Below, one piece after another: positions 1 to 10,007 of a stretch of DNA of 64,000 bases. The DNA comes from an uncultured Gemmatimonadaceae bacterium. Lineage in GTDB: Bacteria > Gemmatimonadota > Gemmatimonadetes > Gemmatimonadales > Gemmatimonadaceae. Numbering within the stretch: position 1 is the stretch's first letter; the number at the start of each line of letters is the position of its first letter. Under the pieces are notes generated by a model. That model was given only the letters and a program-made list of their open reading frames with translations, was not told where the DNA came from and did not search any database. Location: contig CAVVTZ010000007.1 in NCBI GenBank assembly GCA_963751275.1, forward strand, positions 352,001-416,000, read 5' to 3'. Made by a program: the position numbers and the translations under genes.

Positions 1-208
1 TTTTCGCTGAGGCCGCCTCCGGCGGAGCCCGCCGCCCGCCTCTACGTCCCGTGAACTACACCCACTCGCGCCTTTCAGGCCGCGATGACCTCCAAAGCGC
101 GAGCCACCCTTGGCGGCGGACACCGCCTCGGTGCGCCGTGCAACTCGCGGTCGCGGGCAAACTGCAAACCGCGCGGGAAGTGAGTGTTGAGTTCGCGGAG
201 AGAAAGGA

Positions 209-324
209 GCGAGGCCACCCCCGGCGAGGCCGCCTCAGCGAGAAGCGAGAGACTCGCGGCGCAGTTCAGCCGCGAGGCTCGAAGCGGTTCGAGCGTGGGC
301 GGCTCGAGCCGGGGGTGGCCTCGC
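209..324. repeat. Nested palindromic (REP/MITE-like) intergenic element
   Basis: Perfect 17-bp inverted repeat GCGAGGCCACCCCCGGC (209-225) / GCCGGGGGTGGCCTCGC (308-324) enclosing two hairpins (CTCGCGGC..GCCGCGAG and GCTCGAA..TTCGAGC). Confidence 0.6.
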
Positions 325-357
325 GACGGACCCACCGAGGAGTCCCCTACTCGCTGC

Positions 358-1822
358 TTACTTCGCGAGATTGAAGTTCACGTACTCCGATTCCTCGGTG
401 ACATCGCGCACGATGTACGGCTGCAGCCAGTCGGGCGGCACGGGCTGCACGTCCGCGCTGGGGAGCTCGATCTCGGCGAGCACCAGGTCGCGGTCCACGA
501 AATGATCGATCTCCCACGCGAGATCGCCGTCGGACACGCGGTGGCGTTGCTTGTGCACACGCTTCCCCTCCGTGAGCGGCCACATCGTCTCGAACACCTC
601 GCGCGTCGTCTCTTCCTCGAGCTCCGTGCGCACGAGGCCCGCGCCCGTCTTCACGGTGCGGTACCAGCGCACGCTCTCCGGCGTGGTCACGCGGCGCAGC
701 CGCTCGATGAGCCGCGTGCCGGGGATGTAGCCCTGCTCGATCTCTTCCGCCGCCACGCCCGCGGCCGCGGCCGGGAAATGATTCAGCAGGTATTTCCGCT
801 CGATCTCGAGCAGCGGCTTCGCCCGCGCGCCGATCGAGTCGGCCACCCGCTCCGCGTTGGCGAAGAAGTCCACGGCGCGCCCGCCGAGCCATTCGTCCTG
901 CACGCGCTGGAACGCGGCCTCGCCGCTCACGCGAACGCGCTCGCCCAGCGCGAGCAGACCCGGGCTGCGGGTCGCGCCGGTGCACGCGCTTCGCGGCGCC
1001 CGTGTGGCTGCCGTGCGCGACCACCGCGAGCGTCTCACGCCGCGCGTGCTCGCCGGCGGCCGCCGACGCCGCCGCGACGAGTTCCGGCGCGAAGACGTGC
1101 GCATCGTGCAGCACGCCGAGCTGGTCCTGCAGCGCGCTGAGTCTCGCGCTCAACTCCGCGGCGCCGGGCACGAGATCCGACACCGGGTCGAGCAGATAGC
1201 GCAGCCGCTTCGCGATGATCCGGGCGCGGTGCGCATCCGCCTCGTCGGCCGCGCTGCGCACGGCATCGAGGGCGAGGCGCAGCTCCTCGATCTTCCGCCG
1301 CGCGCCGAGGGCCATGACGGCGGCGAAGGGCGGATCGGCGTACGAAGGTCCGGCGAGCACTGGTGCGTCGTAGCGCGCGAGCCGCCGGCGCACACGATGC
1401 GCGAGATGCGGGAAGGTGCTGCCGATCGCGCGCTCGAGGCGCGCGTCCGCCGCCGCCTTGCGTTCGGCGAGGCGCGCGCGGATCGCGTCGAGACCGATGC
1501 GGAGCCGCGGCGTGAGCGTGGCCCGCTGCGCCTCGAGCCACGCGAGGTGCACTTCGAGGTCGCGGCTCTCGCCGGTGGCGCGCGCGAGATCGCGCAGCCG
1601 GCGGAAGGTCCCGGCGCCGATGCTGTTGGCCAACGACTCGCGGTACGCGCGGAGTACGCTGCGCAGCCGCCGCAGCGCGACGCGGAAATCGTGCAGCGCC
1701 TCGACGTCCTCCGCGTGCCCGAGACGCACGCGCGCATCGAGCAGCCGGTCGAGCCGCTCGAGCGCGACGAGGCGCGCGCCCTGCGGCGCGGGCAGATCGA
1801 CGAGGTCGGCCGGCAGCGCCAC
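358..1822 (-). CDS. CHAD domain + C-terminal CYTH domain protein (polyphosphate-binding/triphosphatase-like); frameshift near 960
   Basis: CHAD motifs LHDFRVALRRLRS and HRARIIAKRLRY in ORF 347..2050. CYTH EIERKYL and WEIDHF..LAEIEL in ORF 358..1104. GTG start immediately after the sixA stop. Confidence 0.85.
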
Positions 1823-1824
1823 GG

Positions 1825-2334
1825 CTACTTCACCGCGAGCCGGCGCATTTGCCGCGGCGTGAGCGCCCACATGAGCACGCCGGTGCCGCCGGCCGGCACG
1901 CCTTCGAATTCCATCGCCAGCGCCGCGCCCTTCTTGAAGTCGATCACCGAGCGCGGCTGGCCGGTGAGCAGCCAGCTCGCCACTTCGCTCAGGTGCGGCT
2001 CGTGGCCCACCACCGCCACCACCGGCACGCTCTTCACCTCGCGCAGCCACGCCGCGAACTTCTCGCCGCTCTCGGTGGGCACCAGCTCGTGGATGATCAC
2101 CGTCTTCGGGTCCTTGTACGCGGCGCCTACGATCTTCGCCGTTTCCACGGCGCGCACGTAGGGGCTCGTCGCGATGAGATTGATCTCAGGCAACACCTCA
2201 CGCAGTCCCTTCACGCCGCGCTTCATCTTCTCCACGCCATCGTCCGTGAGCGGACGCTGGGCGTCGGGCCGGCCGGTGAGGGCGAACTCCTTTGGATCCT
2301 CGGCGATCGCGTGGCGGATGAAGATCAACTGCAT
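1825..2334 (-). CDS. sixA: Phosphohistidine phosphatase SixA
   Basis: IRHA motif, RPLT..G, SPYVRAVET, VGHEP. Confidence 0.9.
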   Translation of the reverse strand: MQLIFIRHAIAEDPKEFALTGRPDAQRPLTDDGVEKMKRGVKGLREVLPEINLIATSPYVRAVETAKIVGAAYKDPKTVIIHELVPTESGEKFAAWLREVKSVPVVAVVGHEPHLSEVASWLLTGQPRSVIDFKKGAALAMEFEGVPAGGTGVLMWALTPRQMRRLAVK

Positions 2335-2462
2335 GGCGGCTCTCCCGGGCGGCGCGGTGGGCGATGAAAGGAGGATGTCGCATTGCACGCGCGGAGTCCA
2401 GCGTTGCGCTTGACGTGCGGCGGCCCTCCGGACAATCTCCGAATCCCCATGCGACCGCGCCC

Positions 2463-3551
2463 ATGAGCCCCGCCCGCGACGCCCTGCGCGAGACGTTCGC
2501 GCAGCTCGATGCGCTGCGCGCCACCGAGCGGCGCGTGGCGATGGCCACGCTCGTCACCGCCAAGGGCGCGACGCCGCGGAAGGAAGGGGCGAAGATGTGG
2601 GTGGGCGAGGGCGGGCGGATCCTCGGCGCCGTCACGATCGGCGGCTGCATCGATGCGCGCGTGGTGGAGGAGAGCGAGGCCGTGCTCGCGAACGGCGCGC
2701 CGCGGCTGGTCACGATGTCGCTGAGCGATGCGGACGCCTGGGAGATCGGGTTCACGTGCGGCGGCGAGGTGGAGGTGCTCATTGAACCGGTCGCGCTCGA
2801 CGATCCCACCGATCCGGTCATGCGCGCGTACGACGCCGTGCGCGCGGCGCGTGCCGAGGGGCGCCGTGCGGTGATCGCCGCGCCGCTCCGGGGCGGTGTC
2901 GCGCGCGTCGTCCTGCGCGAGGACGATTCGCGGAACGGCACGCTCGGCCGCGCCGACCTCGATGGCGGCGCCGGCGTGGCCGCGCGGGAAGTGCTCCGCG
3001 GCGGTGCATCGCGCGTGATCACGATCGATGAAGCGCCATTCTTCTTCGAACTCCACGCGCCGCCGAGCGCGCTGATCGTGTTCGGCGCGGGACACGTCGC
3101 GATCCCGCTGGTGGCCATTGCCCACACGCTCGGCTGGCGCACCCTGCTCGTGGACGCGCGCGAACGCTACGCGACGCGCGAACGGTTCCCGGAGGCCGAT
3201 GAGATCCGCACCGGCATCCTCGGCGACATTGCCGCGTCGCTGACGTACGACCGGAGCACGTCGGTGGTGCTCACCGCACACGACTACAAATTCGAGGTGC
3301 CGGTACTGCGCGAGGTGCTGCGCCGCGAGCCCGCGTACATTGGCCTGCTCGGCAGCCGGAAGCGCGGGCGCGCGGTGCTCGACTTCCTCGCGCAGGAGGG
3401 ATTCGGCGCGGAGGATCTCGCGCGCGTGCACGTTCCGGTGGGACTGGACCTGGGCGCGGAGACGGCGGCCGAGATCGCGCTGGCGACGGCGGCGGAGATC
3501 ATGGCCGTGCGCAACGGACGGAGCGGCGAGCCGCTCAGCGGGCGCGGGTGA
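2463..3551 (+). CDS. xdhC: XdhC/CoxI family molybdenum cofactor insertion chaperone
   Basis: ATLV..KG.TPR..GAKM, GGCID, CGG, FGAGHVA, YIGLLGSRKR, PVGLDLGAETAAEIA. Confidence 0.9.
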   Translation: MSPARDALRETFAQLDALRATERRVAMATLVTAKGATPRKEGAKMWVGEGGRILGAVTIGGCIDARVVEESEAVLANGAPRLVTMSLSDADAWEIGFTCGGEVEVLIEPVALDDPTDPVMRAYDAVRAARAEGRRAVIAAPLRGGVARVVLREDDSRNGTLGRADLDGGAGVAAREVLRGGASRVITIDEAPFFFELHAPPSALIVFGAGHVAIPLVAIAHTLGWRTLLVDARERYATRERFPEADEIRTGILGDIAASLTYDRSTSVVLTAHDYKFEVPVLREVLRREPAYIGLLGSRKRGRAVLDFLAQEGFGAEDLARVHVPVGLDLGAETAAEIALATAAEIMAVRNGRSGEPLSGRG

Positions 3552-4126
3552 TCGCGGCGATCGTGCTCGCGGCGGGCGCGTCCACGCGCTTCGGCGCGCA
3601 GAAGCTGCTGGCGCCGCTCGGCGGCGCGACCGTGGTGCGCAGCGCGGTGTCGCGCGCGGTGGAGGCGGGCGTGGAGGACGTCATTGTCGTCGGGGGCGCC
3701 GATGCGGCGGCGGTGACCGCGGCGCTCGACGGGCTGCCGGTGCGGGTGATCGTCAACGCGAACGCGGCCGCGGGGATGAGCACCTCGCTCGCGGCGGGCG
3801 TGGCGGCGTGCGCGCCGGGAACGACGGCGGCGCTCGTGGCGCTCGGCGACCAGCCGCTCGTGCCGGCGGAAGCGTACGCCGCGGTGCTGCGCGCGTATCG
3901 TGCCGGAGGGGCGTCGATCGTGGCGCCGCGTTACACTGCAGGAGTGCGCGGGCACCCGGTGCTCTTCGACGCGACCGTGTTCACGGAGCTGGGCGCGCTG
4001 CGCGGCGACCGCGGCGCGCGCGAAGTGATCGAGCGGGATGCGCGGCGGGTGCGGATCGTGGACGTGCCGCTGCCGGCGCCCATCGATGTCGATGACCCGG
4101 CCGCGCTCGCGGCGCTCGCACCTTAG
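3548..4126 (+). CDS. mocA: Molybdenum cofactor cytidylyltransferase (MocA-like)
   Basis: LAAGASTRFG..K, GMSTSL, LGDQP, GHPVLF, GDRGAR, DVDD. GTGA overlap with xdhC. Confidence 0.85.
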   Translation: MIAAIVLAAGASTRFGAQKLLAPLGGATVVRSAVSRAVEAGVEDVIVVGGADAAAVTAALDGLPVRVIVNANAAAGMSTSLAAGVAACAPGTTAALVALGDQPLVPAEAYAAVLRAYRAGGASIVAPRYTAGVRGHPVLFDATVFTELGALRGDRGAREVIERDARRVRIVDVPLPAPIDVDDPAALAALAP

Positions 4127-4145
4127 CAGACAGGAGCAGACGCAG

Positions 4146-6254
4146 ATGGAGTTCCGCCACACCGCTTCGGCGACGATCGCGCTGGCTCTGCTCGCGGCAA
4201 CACTCGCCGCGCAAGCGCCGGCCCCGCCGCCATCGAAACATTCGCTCACGGTGGAGGAGGCGATCGCCGTGCGCATGGTCTCCGATCCGCAGATCTCGCC
4301 GGACGGCGACGCGATGCTCTACGCGGTCACCACCACCGATCTCGCCGCGAACTCGCGGACCACCACGAGTTACGTGACCGCCGCGAACTTCGCGGCGGCC
4401 AAGGCGTTCCCCGATGAGGCGTCGCACGCGTCCGGGGCGCGCTGGTCGCCCGACGGCAAGCGCGTCGCGTACATCGCCGGCGGGCAGCTCTGGATCGCCG
4501 ATGCGAACGGCTCCAACCGCACCCAATTGACGAAGCTCGCCGGCGGCGCGAGCGGGCCCGTGTGGTCGCCGGCCGGCAACCGGATCGCCTTCACGTCGGC
4601 GGTCACGCCGTCGTGCGACACGGACGCGTGCAACGCGGACCAGGCGAACGCGATGGCGGCGAGAGTGGTGAAGGCGCACGTGGCGGACTCGCTCTTGTAC
4701 CGCCATTGGAACGCGTGGGACGATGGCACGCGCCAGCATCTCTTCGTGATCGGCACCGACGGTTCGGCCGCGGTGGATCTCACGCCGCACGCGCCGTACG
4801 ATGTGCCGCCCGGCCCGTTCGGTTCGAGCGACGGGTACGCCTTCTCGCCCGATGGCCAGGAGCTCGCGTACACCGCGAAGGACCAGGGGCGCGCCAACGC
4901 CTGGAGCACGGACGTCAATGTCTACACCGTGCCCGCGGCCGGCGGCGCTCCCACGGTGATCACCGCGCAGAACGCGGGCGCCGACGAGAATCCCGTGTAC
5001 TCACCGGACGGGAAGTGGATCGCGTACCACTCGCAGGCACGCGCCGGTTTCGAATCCGACCGCTGGCGCTTGATGCTGTACGACCGCGCGTCGAAGCAGT
5101 CGCGCGAACTGCTCCCGCAGTGGGACCGCAACGCCGACCGCTATCTGTTCACGCCCGACGGCAAGTCGCTGCTCATCGAAGCCGTGGATGCGGCGCGCAC
5201 GAAGATCTTCCGCGTCGCGCTCACCGACGGTGCGAACGGCCGGCCGGCCGTCGAGGGCGCGCCGGTGGCGATCGTCTCGGAGCGGAACAACGCGTCGCTG
5301 ACGATCGACCGCGGCGGCCGCGCGATCGGCTGGTTGCGCGACGCGATCGATCATCCCCCCGACGCGTACGCGGCGGCGCTCGGCGCCGGCGGCATCTCCG
5401 GCGTGCGCGAGGTGACGCGCGCGAACGATTCACTGCTCGCCGCGGTGCGGCTGTATCCCGCCGAGGACTATTGGTTCAAGAGCGTGCGCGGGGACAGCGT
5501 GCAGGGGATGATCGTGCGGCCGCCGCAGTGGGCGCCGGGCGCGTCATATCCGGTGGTGCTGCTCATCCACGGAGGACCGCAGGTGCCGTGGCTCGACAGC
5601 TGGACCCGCCGCTGGAACGCGGAGTTGTTCGCGGCGCCGGGATATGGCGTGGTGCTGGTGAATCCGCGCGGCTCGCCCGGTTATGGACAGAAGTTCGTCG
5701 ACGGCGTCTCGCACGAATGGGGCGGCGCGGCGTACGCGGACCTGATGAACGGATTGGACGCCGCGCTCGCACGATTCACGTGGCTCGACGGCACGCACGC
5801 GGCGGCGGCGGGCGGGTCGTACGGCGGGTACATGGTGAACTGGATCGCGGGGCACAATACGCGGTTCAAGGCGCTGGTGTCGCACGCGGGCGTGTACGAT
5901 CTCGAAGCGGCGGCCGGCGCGACCGACGAGGAATGGTTCACCGACTGGGAGTTCACCGCGCCGTACTGGGATCCGTTGGCGATGGCGACGCAGTACCGCA
6001 CCTGGTCGCCGCATCTCTACGCGAAGGACTTCCACACGCCGATGCTGGTGATCGCGGGCGAGCGGGATTATCGCGTGCCGTACACCGAGAGCCTTTCGCT
6101 GTTCGCGGCGCTGCAGCGGCAGGGCGTGCCGTCGCGGCTCATCGTCTTCCCCGACGAAGGGCACTGGATCCTGAAGCCGCAGAACCAGCGCTTCTGGTGG
6201 GGCGAGGTGCAGGGGTGGCTGGCGCGTTACTTGAGCGACGCGCGCACGCCCTAA
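4146..6254 (+). CDS. S9 family secreted dipeptidyl/acylaminoacyl peptidase
   Basis: Signal peptide, repeated (W/F)SPDG propeller units, IHGGP, nucleophile motif GGSYGG, DYRVP, FPDEGH. Confidence 0.93.
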   Translation: MEFRHTASATIALALLAATLAAQAPAPPPSKHSLTVEEAIAVRMVSDPQISPDGDAMLYAVTTTDLAANSRTTTSYVTAANFAAAKAFPDEASHASGARWSPDGKRVAYIAGGQLWIADANGSNRTQLTKLAGGASGPVWSPAGNRIAFTSAVTPSCDTDACNADQANAMAARVVKAHVADSLLYRHWNAWDDGTRQHLFVIGTDGSAAVDLTPHAPYDVPPGPFGSSDGYAFSPDGQELAYTAKDQGRANAWSTDVNVYTVPAAGGAPTVITAQNAGADENPVYSPDGKWIAYHSQARAGFESDRWRLMLYDRASKQSRELLPQWDRNADRYLFTPDGKSLLIEAVDAARTKIFRVALTDGANGRPAVEGAPVAIVSERNNASLTIDRGGRAIGWLRDAIDHPPDAYAAALGAGGISGVREVTRANDSLLAAVRLYPAEDYWFKSVRGDSVQGMIVRPPQWAPGASYPVVLLIHGGPQVPWLDSWTRRWNAELFAAPGYGVVLVNPRGSPGYGQKFVDGVSHEWGGAAYADLMNGLDAALARFTWLDGTHAAAAGGSYGGYMVNWIAGHNTRFKALVSHAGVYDLEAAAGATDEEWFTDWEFTAPYWDPLAMATQYRTWSPHLYAKDFHTPMLVIAGERDYRVPYTESLSLFAALQRQGVPSRLIVFPDEGHWILKPQNQRFWWGEVQGWLARYLSDARTP

Positions 6255-6330
6255 CCATTGCGCCCCGTCGAATCGGGTGTGCATCGTTGAACCGGGATCG
6301 GCACCGCGTCTCTAGGTGGAGGGAGTAGCC

Positions 6331-6906
6331 ATGTATCGCATGAGCGGACCGGCCATGTTGCTGGCGTTGGCGGCGTGCGCCTCGGCGAGCACGGGGGGCG
6401 GCGACGCGCCGTACGTGACGCAGCAGGTGCACGAGCAGCAGATCAACAACGGCAGCGGCACCGCCGACCCCATCACGAGCGTCGATTCGAAGGACGTGAT
6501 GCTCGCGACGATCCTGTCGCCGGTCGACTCCGTCTGGAACGTCCTGGGATCGGTGTTCCTCGATCTCGGGGTCGAACCGCAGACCGTGGACCCCGCGCAA
6601 CACTATCTGGCGAACACATCGTTCCGGGTGCCGGGCACCTTGGGCGGCGTGAGCGTCAGCCACTATCTGGATTGCGGGGCGAACATCTCCGGCGTGGTGG
6701 CACAGAATTCGCAGATCACGATGTCGCTCACCGTGCAGGTCGTGAAGGACTCGAGCAGCGTGTCGACCCTCAAGTCACAGGTGGACGGATACGCCGTGCA
6801 GCGCGGATTGCAGGCGCAGAAGGTGCTATGCGCGACCACGGGGCAGCTGGAAGCGCGTATCGCGCGCATGGTGACGGACGAGCTCAAGCACCGTGGGAAG
6901 AATTGA
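6331..6906 (+). CDS. Hypothetical lipoprotein
   Basis: Lipobox LAAC, GGAG RBS upstream, YLDCG and C-terminal CATTGQLE. Confidence 0.75.
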   Translation: MYRMSGPAMLLALAACASASTGGGDAPYVTQQVHEQQINNGSGTADPITSVDSKDVMLATILSPVDSVWNVLGSVFLDLGVEPQTVDPAQHYLANTSFRVPGTLGGVSVSHYLDCGANISGVVAQNSQITMSLTVQVVKDSSSVSTLKSQVDGYAVQRGLQAQKVLCATTGQLEARIARMVTDELKHRGKN

Positions 6907-6907
6907 G

Positions 6908-7039
6908 ATGGGGGTCCGCGCCGCGATGACCGCGGCGGCCTCCCTCGCGACCGCGGCCGCGTGCGCGAGCGCCGGCCAGCTCGAGGCGCGCATCACGCGC
7001 ATGGTCACCGATGCGATCGCGCACCGCGGCAAGAAGTGA
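6908..7039 (+). CDS. 43-aa internally deleted paralog of the upstream lipoprotein (mini-lipoprotein or remnant)
   Basis: Hand translation MGVRAAMTAAASLATAAACASAGQLEARITRMVTDAIAHRGKK*, versus upstream C-terminus CATTGQLEARIARMVTDELKHRGKN*. Confidence 0.6.
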   Translation: MGVRAAMTAAASLATAAACASAGQLEARITRMVTDAIAHRGKK

Positions 7040-7068
7040 TCCGGACGTCCACCCTCAGCACTCCAGGC

Positions 7069-7502
7069 ATGCCAAAGGATTACCCCGATCATCATGACGC
7101 GGAGCTGCTGCTCCAGCTGTACGACCTGCGCCGGGAAACGTCGCTGCGCGAGGCGCGCACCACGATGGTGACGCAATTCCTGCCCAAGAGCTTCGAGGAG
7201 CTCAAGACGATCGCGACGAGCACCGCGCATCCGCAGAACCAGGCGTTCCGGCAGGCATCGACCTACTGGGAGATGGTGTACGGGATGGCGAAGCACGGGA
7301 TCATCCACGCGGACTTCCTCATGGAGAACGCGGGGGAGGGGCTCATCATCTACGCGAAGTCGCTGCCGTGGCTGAAGCAGCTGCGCGAGGAGACGGGGCG
7401 GCCCTTCCTGGCGAACGCGGAGTGGGTGGCGGCGAACAGCGAGAACGCGAAGAAGACGCTCGCGCGCTTCGTGGCGTCGGTCGAAAAACAGCGCGCCGCG
7501 AA

Positions 7503-7506
<4 letters not shown>
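7069..7506 (+). CDS. Conserved hypothetical protein (DUF4760-like)
   Basis: DAELLLQLYDLRRE..REAR and RQ..TYWEM; normal codon usage. Confidence 0.65.
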
Positions 7507-9383
<1,877 letters not shown>

Positions 9384-9924
9384 CTACTCCTTCCCTCTGA
9401 ACTTCACTTCGACGCCGTGCCCGCTGCGGCCGTTGATCAGCTCGAAGTAGTAATCGCCGCCCAGCACCACCGCGCGCGCGCTCACGAGCACATAGTCGCC
9501 CACCTTCCACGTATCCGACTCGGGGCGCTTCGCGAGCAATACCTCCCACACGGTGCCATCCGCCAGCTTCACGTAGCTGCCGCCGTCGCGCACGTCGGTG
9601 ATCCGGCTGCCATACTCGGCGCTCGGCGGGCCGGCGTACGACACGCCGCCGTTGTTGTCTGCCGGCGCTTCCGCCGCGGCGGGCGCGCCCGCCTGCGCGC
9701 CGTACGACGCCGCGTGCTCCACGATCGTGGTATAGCGCGAGAGCCATGCATTCGAGCGCCGCGCGCTGCTGCGGCGTGAGCGACGCGATCCCCGTCTCGC
9801 GCATCTCCGCCGGCGACATCACGTCGCTCATCCGCGGGGCGGATGATGATTGCGCCGCGAGCGCGGGCGCAGCGAAGGCGGCGCTCGCGAGGAGCGCGGC
9901 CAGGAGCTTCGTGGAGCGGGTCAT
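9384..9924 (-). CDS. Secreted hypothetical protein; frameshift near 9750
   Basis: Signal peptide [45 protein letters not shown] motif, continuing in ORF 9384..9722. Confidence 0.7.
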
Positions 9925-10007
9925 TGGAGTTCTCCGGAACGGGGGCATGATGAATACTACCCCATACCCCCTTACCGTTGCATGGCGCACAGGCCCCGAA
10001 CCGCCGC

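Noticed and set aside
2463..4126. xdhC-mocA without molybdoenzyme genes as a novel system
   Set aside because: These maturation genes are commonly unlinked from their target enzymes.
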